Assembly: GCA_003167555.1 (NCBI GenBank)
Contig: PMSN01000029.1
Coordinates: 122,488-186,487 of the forward strand
Length of the DNA stretch: 64,000 bases
Origin: Spartobacteria bacterium
GTDB lineage: Bacteria; Verrucomicrobiota; Verrucomicrobiia; Chthoniobacterales; UBA10450
Reading direction: 5' to 3'
This document shows positions 35,201 through 44,575 of the stretch, in pieces (position 1 is the first letter of the stretch; each line of letters opens with the position of its first letter). Below the pieces are notes generated by a model. The model was not told where the DNA came from. It was given only the letters and a program-made list of their open reading frames with translations, and did not search any database. The position numbers were made by a program, and so were the translations under genes.

Positions 35201-38200
35201 GTTGAGTAACAACAGCGCTAACAGACGCACCATAACTTAGTGTCGCAGTTGCCGTGAAAGTGGGATCCACCTGTCCCGGACCCGGCGGTGGAGTAGGTGT
35301 GGGGCCAGGTGTAGGTGTAGGAGTGGGTATAGGCGGCAGATGGACCGTGACGAGATAGGAAAGCAGGACCACGTTTATCTTACCGTTGCTATCTGTCACC
35401 GTCAGCGTAGCGAAATAATCGCCGGGGCTGCTGTAGGTGTGTTGCGTAACAGCGCCTGTCCCGGTGGTGCCATCGCCGAAATCCCAGACCCAGCTTACGA
35501 TGGTCCCGTTTACCGCAGTGGAAGCGCTTCCATCAAACGTGACTGTGAGGGAATTCGGACCTTCCTGGGTGGTAATCGTGGCTTCGTCGTCCGGCGCGCC
35601 CGCTTCTGCGTTGAGAATGCGCGGAGGAACGATCGCTTGCACCTCCGTGAGCGGCGCCTCATCCATGCGCGTGGCCGCGCGGTCTCCCAGGTCCGCGCCT
35701 GCGGAATTCCCAATCCTGCCTCCGCCATCAAAACGCAAAGCCGACCAATCTTCGAATCCAGTTACTAGTGTCTCGTTGCCATCAGTTGTAATATCGACGC
35801 TCACCGGCGCGACGTTCTGCACGCCGTCGAGATTCCAATCGAGCGCGCCATTCTGGAACAAGCGATAGTAAAAATCGCCCGGGTTGAGCTCGGGCTTCAC
35901 CCAGAAGGTATAGAAGGCCGGCTCGCCGATGCCCACGTTTTCATCCAACGAGCTCTCGTTCAAAATCGGGAGCGTCCTGCGCGAATAATCCATGATATGT
36001 TGCTCGTCCTTCGACCTAACGAGACCTTCGAGCTGGAAGGTGTAGTTCATGATACTCAGGTAATTCGGCTTAAAGTTGGTCTCCTCATCGCCTCCGTGTA
36101 GCAGGCCGAGATTGTGACCGAGCTCGTGCATGAAGGTGCCGCCCACTTGCATCACGGTAGCGCCGCTCAGCTGTCCCATGGCGACAAGGATATCGCCCGA
36201 GGGAACCTCCCGCGAAAGTCCTCCGCTCCTCTTCGCTCCATCGTAGTTATTACAGAACAAAGCGTAGTGAAAGACGGCACGTCTCCTCGAAGGCGTGAAG
36301 TAGTCCGCCTTAATTCCATCGAACGCGGACCAGTTGTAAATCTGGACCGGCGGATTTCCGCCGTCGGAGGTAAACGAACCAAGTGTGGCCACATAGGGTT
36401 CTTCGCCGGCGCGCGAAAGGCTTCCCCAGTTTTGGCCCGGCCTCATCTCCCGATCAGCTCCGAGATCGACGTGAAGGTTAATCCCGATCCGGCCATCGGG
36501 ATTTGAAACAGGCGCTCTTGCGAACGCCGCTGTCACCACCTTCATGGTCTTAACGCTCGGTTTGAAGGTTGAGGACCCCGATGCCGCATGCATCCAGTCC
36601 GCGTGGACAAAGATGTCCTTATGCATGGGATCCGCGCCCATGGCCTTCAAATCGATGAACGTTCCCTGGCCCACGAGATTGCCGATCCCGACGACGTTCC
36701 CGTCGGCGCCGACGGTGATGCCGTTAGTCTCCCACGCATCGGGAATCCCGTCGCCGTCCGAATCGAGCGTTTCATAGATGTAAGCCGCGCCTTTCGATGA
36801 ATTGTCACCCGGGGCGCCGATCAAAAGCGTTTCGCCACTGACAGCTACGGCCTGGCCGAATGTCTGATTGGTAGTCCCGTCGCTTGCCACCAGCTCCGGC
36901 CCGGGCACCCATCCCGCGCTGCTTTGTTGGAAGACATAGGCTTTTCCCTGATCCTGCCTTCCTCCCACGTACTTCAAGTGGGCGCCGATGACCGCCGTCC
37001 CGCCACTGATGGCGACGCTCGTGCCAAACGCGTCGAAGGCCACCCCATCTCTCGCGAGCAACTGCTGTGGGTCTGACCAAATATTATTCGTGCGAGTGGA
37101 GACATAGGCCGCACCTTGATCGCGTTGCTGAGCAACGTCGGTGTTCGGAGCACCGATGATGATGGTATTGCCGCTAATTCCGACGGATAAGCCGAACCCA
37201 TCAGCGCCTTGCGATATCGGGACTAACTTTCTTTTCTCCGTCCAAGAGACGCCGCTGCGGCCATAGATGTAGGCAGCCCCGATCCCGCTCCCGCTCGGGC
37301 CATTGAATGCTCCAACCACGGCCGTGTCGCCTGAGACCGAGACAGAAAAGCCAAAATGGTCCAATTTCCCGCCGTCGCTCGCGAGGAGTTTGGCCTGTTT
37401 GTACCACTGCTCCCCATCGCGACCGAAGATGAAAGCCGCCCCTTGTTCCGCCCTGCTCCCATCACCCGAAGGATCGCTGTAGCTCGATCCTATGATGATC
37501 GTATCGCCAGTGATCGCGACCGAATCCCCGAAGGTATCGAGTCCCCCGTCAGCAGCTACCAGTTTCTGCCGCGCCGACCAATTTTTGCCGCTGCGGTCGA
37601 AGATGTGAGCTTCCCCGTGCAGAGATAGAAAGTGGGCTGCATCAGTGCCTACGTTGCTCCCCACGACGATGGTATTGCCGCTGATTCCTACAGAATTGCC
37701 AAAGTAATAGGTGGTGTAGCCATCGTTCGTCACATCGAAGGCCGTTAGCTTTTGTTGCAGCGACCATCCGGCTCCATCCCGAACAAAGACATAGGCCATG
37801 CCGAAATGGGACTGAACACCTACATCTTGATTGGGGGAACCAATCACCGCGGTCGATCCACTGATCGCGACCGAATAACCAAGTTGGTTACTGGTGATTG
37901 AAGCAGGCGCAATCAGTTTGATCTCTGGTTGAAGCGTCGGGTCAATCGTGATCGGATAGTTCGCGCCCGCGTCGTCCACCTCGAGCGAGACTTCACTTTC
38001 GTTCACTTCCATCCGTGCAGGCAACTCACGCCCAGTCGCGTCCCAAGCCTTTAAGTGGTCGTAGGTCGCAAGCGCAGTGCCGGCGCGGTCCTTCAATTTG
38101 AGCGACTGCCTCTCTCCGCTTACTTCCGGTCTAAGATCGCCGGTTACGGACAAAACGATGCGCAGAGGGCCATGCGCATTATCCTGCGATCGGGGAGGCG

Positions 38201-38789
38201 CCAGGATCGTAAAGCCTTGTTCCAGCCCCGCCGGCTTATTCTCATACCATTCTGTCACCGCCACCGCCGCGCCGCCGATCGCACTATGCTTGTCTAACTC
38301 AACCCGACTTTCTCGAGCGCGGGTTCCGCCGCCGGCGAGGTGCACAAGGTCCCGACCGTAGCCATAGCCAAGCAGTTTGAAATTTACGTCCCAGGCGCGA
38401 GCGCCAGATGAATGCACGCGCACGTCCTCTGCCGTGAAGATCGCCTGAAGTGATAGCGCCGGATTAGACGCGGCAAAGGAGGCGCTGCCGTTTTCCGCTC
38501 GCGTGCCGGGGGCTGATTCGATCGCGTATTGCGCGGCCATGAAGGCCTCTGACAACGATGCGCAGGCGTTGTTGTTCTGGAGTTGTCCTATGGACTGTTC
38601 ACCACGAAACGGGCGAAAGCTCTCTGCTGCCGGACGCAAGTCGGATGAGTTCGCGTCGAGCTGAACCGAATGAGCTACGGCGGTTGTTACTGCGAGCAAG
38701 CACTGCAGCGTCAGAAGAAGTAAGAGGCGGTGACCGAAACCGGCTCCATGGGGATTGTGCCGCGCGTCTTTCATCTCGTTCATTCTCAT
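32202..38789 (-). CDS. giant (2195 aa) secreted multidomain protein: FG-GAP repeats, metzincin-type metalloprotease, PKD, delta-60 repeat array, C-terminal tandem NISTR module
   Basis: Signal region HRLLLLLTLQCLLAVTTAVAHS, then WYENKPAGLEQGFTI and FG-GAP_2-type repeats. These are followed by DSDGDGIPDAWE, the zinc site HELGHNLGLLHGG plus SIMNY, and a PKD domain (WDFGDGTTGTGAVTQHTYSSPGDYFATLTVTDSNG). After a PT linker come about 14 repeats of DGS.D..F...ALQ.DGKI..GG (delta-60 type). Modules lie at about 32205-32952. Confidence 0.88.
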   Translation of the reverse strand: MRMNEMKDARHNPHGAGFGHRLLLLLTLQCLLAVTTAVAHSVQLDANSSDLRPAAESFRPFRGEQSIGQLQNNNACASLSEAFMAAQYAIESAPGTRAENGSASFAASNPALSLQAIFTAEDVRVHSSGARAWDVNFKLLGYGYGRDLVHLAGGGTRARESRVELDKHSAIGGAAVAVTEWYENKPAGLEQGFTILAPPRSQDNAHGPLRIVLSVTGDLRPEVSGERQSLKLKDRAGTALATYDHLKAWDATGRELPARMEVNESEVSLEVDDAGANYPITIDPTLQPEIKLIAPASITSNQLGYSVAISGSTAVIGSPNQDVGVQSHFGMAYVFVRDGAGWSLQQKLTAFDVTNDGYTTYYFGNSVGISGNTIVVGSNVGTDAAHFLSLHGEAHIFDRSGKNWSARQKLVAADGGLDTFGDSVAITGDTIIIGSSYSDPSGDGSRAEQGAAFIFGRDGEQWYKQAKLLASDGGKLDHFGFSVSVSGDTAVVGAFNGPSGSGIGAAYIYGRSGVSWTEKRKLVPISQGADGFGLSVGISGNTIIIGAPNTDVAQQRDQGAAYVSTRTNNIWSDPQQLLARDGVAFDAFGTSVAISGGTAVIGAHLKYVGGRQDQGKAYVFQQSSAGWVPGPELVASDGTTNQTFGQAVAVSGETLLIGAPGDNSSKGAAYIYETLDSDGDGIPDAWETNGITVGADGNVVGIGNLVGQGTFIDLKAMGADPMHKDIFVHADWMHAASGSSTFKPSVKTMKVVTAAFARAPVSNPDGRIGINLHVDLGADREMRPGQNWGSLSRAGEEPYVATLGSFTSDGGNPPVQIYNWSAFDGIKADYFTPSRRRAVFHYALFCNNYDGAKRSGGLSREVPSGDILVAMGQLSGATVMQVGGTFMHELGHNLGLLHGGDEETNFKPNYLSIMNYTFQLEGLVRSKDEQHIMDYSRRTLPILNESSLDENVGIGEPAFYTFWVKPELNPGDFYYRLFQNGALDWNLDGVQNVAPVSVDITTDGNETLVTGFEDWSALRFDGGGRIGNSAGADLGDRAATRMDEAPLTEVQAIVPPRILNAEAGAPDDEATITTQEGPNSLTVTFDGSASTAVNGTIVSWVWDFGDGTTGTGAVTQHTYSSPGDYFATLTVTDSNGKINVVLLSYLVTVHLPPIPTPTPTPGPTPTPPPGPGQVDPTFTATATLSYGASVSAVVTQPDGKTLVGGLFTSFGGSARRGIARINPDGSCDATFDPGLALTRAVGGALVGGMVKSLALQPDGKILVGVQYQGFVSNARIIFRLNSDGTPDPTFDTSALDSNAGTFPGVFAIALQPDGKILIGGEFLYSNAGTRASLARLNADGSVDASFVAANGGPNGDVNALALQSDGKVVVGGGFQKIDYQTQSGIPVQFGITRFNSDGSLDSTFNVVTAGVPSSGFGFTTSVNGLALQADGKIVVGGGLKSADPTKTIPPFARLNSDGSHDTYANASGISGNGKGLALQADGKIIAVGDFEIGSPATSADVVRLNTDGTVDSSFNVGSGTLNPNRSLGGGTVDAVALFGNGKVVIGGSFDHFNDAFAESILQLNADGSLDSAFAANGPGFNNQVSALLRQPDGKLLVGFFTNGAGSLVGDPPRTKLNNLRIGGLGRLNPDGTTDGTFTTAFDNGSVVQSIALQADGKIVLSGTFRLIGPTSNAEFQCTRLNPDGTIDSTFNLSTNPSLQLFSGPIAIQPDGKILTSGYDPSGFPGVVRLNPDGSRDTTFSAPLPNGGATEIALQPDGRIVIGGLFRVPGGKLERLGRLNADGSFDTTFNSGDGPDNTVWALLLQPDGKILISGKFNNYNGTPRNHIARVNPDGSLDTSFAPANPADIEQREIRALALQLDGKIVAGRYDSGDTGVPPPNRIFRLNADGSLDSSLPQTGTGVEGMSTNVNAIALQPGGNVVIGGEFNIVNGAARLALARIIGAAPTVLANISTRLRVESGDNALIGGFIITGTGQKKVLLRAIGPSLPIDGHLNDPVLELYANGQPIATNDNWNDAPNRQEIIDSTIPPTNDFESAILTNLNPGAYTAIMRGVNDTTGIGVVEAYDLDSTAGSKLANISTRGLVQTGDNVLIAGTIVVGQASQKVIIRALGPSTGVPGAMADPTLELRDANGNLLEANDNWVDSPNKQAIIDSTIPPPNNVESAIVRTLTPANYTAIVRGAGGTTGIAVVEVYALN

Positions 38790-38933
38790 CTCTTGCCTTT
38801 CGGCTCCGGCGTTTTTGGCTTATTGTTCTTGTTGCCAGCCAACTCCGTCATAGTTTGGAACGACCATTATTCCGAATCACTCGGAAAATCTATAGGATTT
38901 TTCTGAATTCTTGTGAAATGTTCTGAAAACCAC

Positions 38934-40697
38934 ATGACGACTTTGCGCCCCGACGTTTACGAATTTGGTGACTTCCGCCTCGATGCGGCGAAACGTCTTC
39001 TCTCGCGACGGACCGGTGGTATGGTGCCCCTCACCGCGAGGGTTTTCGACACGCTGCTCTACCTGGTTCAGAACAGCGGCACCGTCCTCGACAAGAGATC
39101 CCTGATGGAAGCCATCTGGCCGGACTCAATCGTCGAAGAAAACAATCTGAATCAAAGCATCTCTTCCTTGCGCCGTAGCTTGGGTGAAAGTCCGGCGTCG
39201 CATCGTTACATCGTCACGGTGCCAGGTCGCGGCTACCGTTTCGTCGCCGAGGTGAAGGCGCCCCCAGCGCTTCCTTCCAGCTCTTCCTCCGCGAGGATCA
39301 GAAGCGTCGCGGTGCTGCCCTTCAAACCCCTGGTCCTGGAGAATCGCGATGCTTTTTTGGAAATGGGCATGGCCGATACGATGATCGCCAAACTCAGCGG
39401 CATCCGCGACGTTGTTGTGCGTCCACTTAGCTCGGTGCGCAAATATGTCGACCTGGAACAGGAACCATTGGCTGCTGGTCGCGAGTTAGGAGTGGAGTCG
39501 GTTTTGGATGGAAGCATCCAGAAGTCCGGCGACGCTATCAGAGTGACGGCGCGCCTCATGAACGTCACGAACGGAGAATCGATCTGGTCGGGTACCTTCA
39601 ATGAGAAGTTCACCGGTATTTTTGCCGTGCAGGACGCCATTTCCGAGCGCATCGTAAGTGCGCTGGCCCTCCGACTCAGCGGCGAAGAGAAGGCCCGCCT
39701 AACGAAACGCGATACCAAGAACACCGAAGCCTACCGGCTCTACCTGAAGGGCCGTTACTACTGGTGGAAGACGACGCCCGACTCCTTTGCAAAGAGTTGC
39801 GATTACTTCCAGCGAGCCGTGGAGGCCGATCCCTTCTTTGCCCTGGGTTATTGCGGGCTGAACAGTTATTACGGGTTCGGTTCAGCCTGGGGGATGTTAC
39901 CCCCTGACGAGAACTGGCCCAAAGCAGAGGCCGCTATTACGAAGGCACTCCACCTCGACGACACTCTTGCCCAGGCTCACACCGGGTTGGCTGCGCACAG
40001 GTTAGTTTGCCGGCGAGACTGGAATGGGGCCGAACAGGCGGTCAAGCAAGCGATCGAGTTGGACCCATCCTTCGACGAAGCGCATTATCTTTACTCCTTT
40101 TATCTATTGGTGATGCAGCGGGTCGATGAGGCGATCGCGGAGGGCGAACACGCGCTCGAGCTTGACCCGTTTTCGCTTCGCATCTACCAGCACCTGGGCA
40201 ATATCCATTACCATGCCCGCCGATATGACGAGGCGATTGTTCACTACCGGCAGGCGCTGGAATTGGAGCCGAGTAATGCTCAGGTGCATGAATCCCTCGG
40301 CGATGCCCTGGAACGCAATGGCTTGCCGGACGACGCCGTCGCGCAGTGGGAAAAAGGACTGACGCTCGCCGGAGATAACGAGCTTGCCGCGGTGCTCGGC
40401 AGGTCCCACAACGACGGTGGGTTCACGCGGGCGGTCCGCGCCGTGGCGAAGACCAGGTTAGAACGCCTGAAGGCAAGGACTGAGAGGGGTAACCATGTCT
40501 TGGCGATAGACTATGCGCGGGCCTATGTGAGACTTGGCGACAAAAAGCACGCACTCCATTGGCTATTAAAGGCGTGCGATGAATGTAATGTATTTGCGTT
40601 ACTGATTGCCATCGATCCCTTTTACGACCGCCTTCGAAAGGACGTGCGCTTTACGGCGATTCGAAAAAAGGTCGGGCTTCCCAAATCACTTAACTGA
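38934..40697 (+). CDS. transcriptional regulator: OmpR/PhoB-type winged-helix (CadC-like) N-terminus with C-terminal TPR repeats
   Basis: ATG at 38934. YEFGDFRLDAAKRLLSRRTGGMVPLTARVFDTLLYLVQNSGTVLDKRSLMEAIWPD..VEENNLNQSISSLRRSLGE....YIVTVPGRGYRF is the Trans_reg_C domain. The C-terminal half contains TPR units (AHYLYSFYLL..., YQHLGNIHYHARRYDEAIVHYRQALELEPSN). Confidence 0.85.
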   Translation: MTTLRPDVYEFGDFRLDAAKRLLSRRTGGMVPLTARVFDTLLYLVQNSGTVLDKRSLMEAIWPDSIVEENNLNQSISSLRRSLGESPASHRYIVTVPGRGYRFVAEVKAPPALPSSSSSARIRSVAVLPFKPLVLENRDAFLEMGMADTMIAKLSGIRDVVVRPLSSVRKYVDLEQEPLAAGRELGVESVLDGSIQKSGDAIRVTARLMNVTNGESIWSGTFNEKFTGIFAVQDAISERIVSALALRLSGEEKARLTKRDTKNTEAYRLYLKGRYYWWKTTPDSFAKSCDYFQRAVEADPFFALGYCGLNSYYGFGSAWGMLPPDENWPKAEAAITKALHLDDTLAQAHTGLAAHRLVCRRDWNGAEQAVKQAIELDPSFDEAHYLYSFYLLVMQRVDEAIAEGEHALELDPFSLRIYQHLGNIHYHARRYDEAIVHYRQALELEPSNAQVHESLGDALERNGLPDDAVAQWEKGLTLAGDNELAAVLGRSHNDGGFTRAVRAVAKTRLERLKARTERGNHVLAIDYARAYVRLGDKKHALHWLLKACDECNVFALLIAIDPFYDRLRKDVRFTAIRKKVGLPKSLN

Positions 40698-40740
40698 AAA
40701 ACTGGCCGGATTGATCCCGGCGCCACTAATTGATGGGCTC

Positions 40741-42672
40741 CTACTGCAACGCGTAAACTTCCACGACGGCGATGCCGGTCGTGTTATTCACGCCGCGGAC
40801 GATGGCGGTATAGTTGGCAGGAGGGAGCGTGCGCACGATGGCTGACTCCAGATTATTCGGTGGCGGGATGGTGCTGTCGATGATCGCTTGTTTGTTCGGG
40901 CTATCCACCCAGTTGTCATTCGCTTCCAGCAGCGCTCCATTTCCGTCGTGTAGTTCCAGCGTGGGATCGGCCATCGCTCCAGGGACGCCGGTGGAAGGAC
41001 CGAGCGCGCGGATAATTACTTTTTGCGAAGCCTGTCCTACTACGATCGTGCCCGCGAACAAGACATTGTCTCCTGTCTGGACCAAGCCGCGCGTTGAGAT
41101 GTTCGCCAGCTTTGAGTTGGCGGAGGTATCCAGGTCGTACGCTTCTACTACTCCTATCCCGGTCCCGTTGTTCACTCCACGCTCAATCGCAGTGTAGTTG
41201 CCGGGCGGCACGCTTCTCACGATGGCTGATTCCAGCGGGTCTTTCGGTGGGATGGTGCTATCGATGATGGCTTGCTTGTTCGGGCTGTCCATCCAGTTGT
41301 CGTTTGTCTCCAGGAGCGCACCGGACGCATCGTGCAGTTCAAGAATCGGATCGGCCAGTTTACCGGCAAGTGTCAACGAGGGCCCAATCGCGCGCACGAT
41401 GACTTTCTTGTTCTGGTTGCCTGTGACGATAAAGCCAGCGATCAAGACATTGTCGCCGGTTCCCACCGGCAATCGAGTGGAAATATTGGCGAGGGCGGTA
41501 GGAGCAGTACCCGGGGGATCCACTCGAACATTCCAGGTTTTTTGAGTAACCAGAACCTGATTAGGATCGCTCCTAACAAACGGAGTTGGGTCATTGATCG
41601 ACACCACAACAGTATGGTTGCCAATCGTGAGAGGGCCAGAATTCAGAACAAACGTCGAGCCAGTGGCCTGCTGTTGTCCATCCACCGACCATTTCACCGT
41701 CAAAGTATGGGTAAACGGCGTGGGGGTTGACACACTAAAGGCCTGAGTTTGTCCCTGAGCCAAAGCAAGGTCGCTCGCGGCGGGCGTGCTCGAGTCCAAA
41801 GGCGAAGTGAAATTATAAATCCGCCTGAGCAGCTGTTCGATATTGATCTGCTCATAAGGATTACCAAGGAGGCGCATCTTGGAAGCGTTAGTGGGACGAT
41901 ACAAGCCAGTGTCGCAGTAGCCGGATCCTTCATAGAGGCCGGGCACGCCGGGAGTGGTAGTAGTGGTGGGAATTGGCGTGGCTGGATCGATCCAGGCATT
42001 CCACTTGATGAGCGCTCGTTGGGTCTCTTTCGTAACATTGGCTTGAGGAGGCTCAACCGAGTTGTCGCAAGCTGGAGGTGGCGGGCCGCCGTATTCGTCG
42101 CCCAGTAATCCAAAGCTATGCCCTTCTTCGTGGAGAATGAGCTCAACCACTGACGCTTCAGTAGAAGCCACTGCTATCGCGCCGCCTGATCCGCCATATT
42201 CAGGATCGTTCACGATCACCAGCGTGACATCATGCTGTGAGGCTCCCAGCGTGTTGGTAACGATGGTATTGACCTTCGTGACATCGACGCAAATCAGACG
42301 CTGGATACCATTACAGTTGTAGGTGGCATCGAGGGCGGTGTCCACGAAGACCCCTTTTTCCGGATGGTCCGCGCCCGATTGGTTGCTGGTAACATCGATT
42401 CTATAGACGTTGAAATAACTTTGGTACTCCTTGAAAGGTTCCTGAGCGAAGATTCCGTCGAGAAAAGTCTGGACGTCGGTTTTGTACTTCGGCAATTCAG
42501 CCGCGGTGTAACCATCGCCCAGAATGGCAATGTCGACACGATTCTGCGGATTGCCGTTATTTCTGATGGTCTCGAATGGTTCCGCCTGAATCTCAATCGA
42601 ACCGAGCACCAGCAACAGCACCGTCGCGAGCACCTTGCTCGAGGTTTTCTTCACTGAAGTCCTTCGGATCAT
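40741..42672 (-). CDS. secreted M64-like (IgA-peptidase family) metallopeptidase with C-terminal tandem NISTR module
   Basis: Signal peptide, then NRVDIAILGDGYTAAELPKYKTDVQTF..GIF...PFKEYQSYFNVYRIDV, GGSGGAIAV and the zinc motif HEEGHSFGLLGDEY. An Ig/PKD-like spacer follows. Modules lie at about 40744-41493. Confidence 0.8.
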   Translation of the reverse strand: MIRRTSVKKTSSKVLATVLLLVLGSIEIQAEPFETIRNNGNPQNRVDIAILGDGYTAAELPKYKTDVQTFLDGIFAQEPFKEYQSYFNVYRIDVTSNQSGADHPEKGVFVDTALDATYNCNGIQRLICVDVTKVNTIVTNTLGASQHDVTLVIVNDPEYGGSGGAIAVASTEASVVELILHEEGHSFGLLGDEYGGPPPPACDNSVEPPQANVTKETQRALIKWNAWIDPATPIPTTTTTPGVPGLYEGSGYCDTGLYRPTNASKMRLLGNPYEQINIEQLLRRIYNFTSPLDSSTPAASDLALAQGQTQAFSVSTPTPFTHTLTVKWSVDGQQQATGSTFVLNSGPLTIGNHTVVVSINDPTPFVRSDPNQVLVTQKTWNVRVDPPGTAPTALANISTRLPVGTGDNVLIAGFIVTGNQNKKVIVRAIGPSLTLAGKLADPILELHDASGALLETNDNWMDSPNKQAIIDSTIPPKDPLESAIVRSVPPGNYTAIERGVNNGTGIGVVEAYDLDTSANSKLANISTRGLVQTGDNVLFAGTIVVGQASQKVIIRALGPSTGVPGAMADPTLELHDGNGALLEANDNWVDSPNKQAIIDSTIPPPNNLESAIVRTLPPANYTAIVRGVNNTTGIAVVEVYALQ

Positions 42673-43334
42673 CTCGTTGGCTCTTCGACCGGCAGATTGC
42701 TAATCAACTCCAACTGAAATTCCTTGCCGGTCCACGAAGGGTGATAGAAGCGTAATTCCTTAATCCCGGGATCGCCTGGATACGCCACGGTGAAATCTAC
42801 CGTGGGAAGATAATAATCCACGCCGCGAAGGTCCCCCTTGGGCCCGGCGCTCTCCGCCCGAATCAAACGAGGATCGAGCAACAGTCTCCACCAACGCAAC
42901 CCACCGCTCGCATCGAGAGCTGCTACCAGAATCTGGTTGGTGGAGAGTTCAACCGATCGTTCGCGCGGCAGGATTCCATCCCGCTTGGTCAAACCTAAAA
43001 GGGTGATCGCCCCTGGACCTGCCCAGGATTCAAGGCTCGCCCCTGCCTTTCTGGGAACTCCTGAGCTTTGCCAGCGAATTTGTATCTCTTTATGAGTTTG
43101 AGCATCCGAAACCGGCACTGTGTTTTCGACGCGCACCCCCACCCCAGCGAGCAAATCTCCCAGGGTTTTTCTTATCGCGGTCTCCTTGTCTGGCTCCAGG
43201 ATTCGCGCCTGGCTCGTCGGATTGTTGCCGGCGTCCTGCTCCTTGGGCTTTTGGGCAAAGTAAGTATCAGCACTCACCAGTAGTAAAATCGTCGTCACCA
43301 CTGGAACAAGAAACCGGCTAGCTCTTATATTCAT
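42669..43334 (-). CDS. hypothetical secreted protein, translationally coupled to the M64 gene
   Basis: Signal-like N-terminus MNIRASRFLVPVVTTILLLVSADTYFA. Its stop overlaps the M64 ATG as ATGA at 42669-42672. I recognise no family. Confidence 0.55.
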   Translation of the reverse strand: MNIRASRFLVPVVTTILLLVSADTYFAQKPKEQDAGNNPTSQARILEPDKETAIRKTLGDLLAGVGVRVENTVPVSDAQTHKEIQIRWQSSGVPRKAGASLESWAGPGAITLLGLTKRDGILPRERSVELSTNQILVAALDASGGLRWWRLLLDPRLIRAESAGPKGDLRGVDYYLPTVDFTVAYPGDPGIKELRFYHPSWTGKEFQLELISNLPVEEPTR

Positions 43335-43744
43335 TCGTTGCGCTCTCCGGTAAATATTAATACTGGCTTCGTGTTCCAGAAAGAAGCGGAAATTTTTCCG
43401 TGGCTGAAGTTTTCATGGATGCTGCCTGTGAATGTCTCACTAAGTAATGCGACGAACACCGCAAGATCCTGTCAGTAAATTTTCTGATTATTCTTTCTCC
43501 GGGATGATTCAAGCTGGGCGCTCGCCGAATCGGATCGGTCGAGAGCGCGATTGACGATAAGAGCAACTAAGCCGGTGGGATGTCAAGAAATCTGATAGGG
43601 CAAGTTCGCATGCTTCTTTCGACCTCTGGTCAATCGCCAGCGCGTCACCGTCCCTAACGTCCGATTAATTCTCGCCAAACTCGACGAGTGCGAGGCCCGC
43701 TCGCTCCGGCAGCGGTCCCACCAAGCGAGGGCACGCCGACTTTA

Positions 43745-44554
43745 TTATTGCAGCGCGTAAACTTCCACGACCGCGATGCCGGTGGCGTTGTTCACGCCGC
43801 GCAAGATCGCCGTGTAATTGCCGGGAGGGAGGACGCGCACAATCGCTGATTCGAGGGGATCGCTCGGCGGGATCGTGCTGTCGATGATCGCCTGTTTGTT
43901 CGGCGAATCTTGCCAGTTGTCGTTCCCTTCCAGCAACACGCCATTGCCGTCATGCAATTCCAGAGTGGGATCGACCATCTTTCCCGGCACAGACAGCGAC
44001 GGACCAATCCCACGCACAATCACTTTCTGCGATGCCTGACCTGTTACAATGGTTCCAGCAATCAAGACATTGTCTCCCGTCTGCACAAACCCGCGGGTGG
44101 AAATGTTAGCCAGCTTTGAGTTAGCGTAGGTATCCAGGTCGTATACTTCCACTACCCCTATCCCCGTCCCGTTGTTCACGCCGCGCTCAATCGCGGTGTA
44201 GTTGCCGGGCGCCATACTTCTCACGATGGCTGATTCCTCCGCGTAGGGCGGCGGGATGGTGCTCTCGATGATGGCTTGCTTGTTCGGGCTACTGATCCAA
44301 TTGTCGTTCGTTTCCAGGAGCGCGCCGGAACCATCACGCAGCTCAAGAATTGGGTCGGCCAGTTTGTCGGGAAACGACAAGGAAGGTCCTATCGCACGCA
44401 CAATGATCTTCTTCTGCTGCGTGCCGGTCACGATCAGGCCACCTATCAACGCGTTATCACCTATCTCGACCCGTAAACGCGTGGAGATATTGCCCAAAGA
44501 GCCAGGTGTAGGTGCGGCACTGATCGTCAGATCAATGTTGCCCCATGCCATCAT
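43745..44554 (-). CDS. orphan module-only ORF: two NISTR modules with no signal peptide or passenger domain (possible 5'-truncated pseudogene)
   Basis: From the ATG at 44554 the product is MMAWGNIDLTISAAPTPGSLGNISTRL... and consists only of the tandem module, ending VEVYALQ. The longer ORF to 44611 starts with a GTG inside the duplicated rfbB fragment. Confidence 0.5.
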   Translation of the reverse strand: MMAWGNIDLTISAAPTPGSLGNISTRLRVEIGDNALIGGLIVTGTQQKKIIVRAIGPSLSFPDKLADPILELRDGSGALLETNDNWISSPNKQAIIESTIPPPYAEESAIVRSMAPGNYTAIERGVNNGTGIGVVEVYDLDTYANSKLANISTRGFVQTGDNVLIAGTIVTGQASQKVIVRGIGPSLSVPGKMVDPTLELHDGNGVLLEGNDNWQDSPNKQAIIDSTIPPSDPLESAIVRVLPPGNYTAILRGVNNATGIAVVEVYALQ

Positions 44555-44575
44555 ATGTGAACGTGCCGGAAGTCC

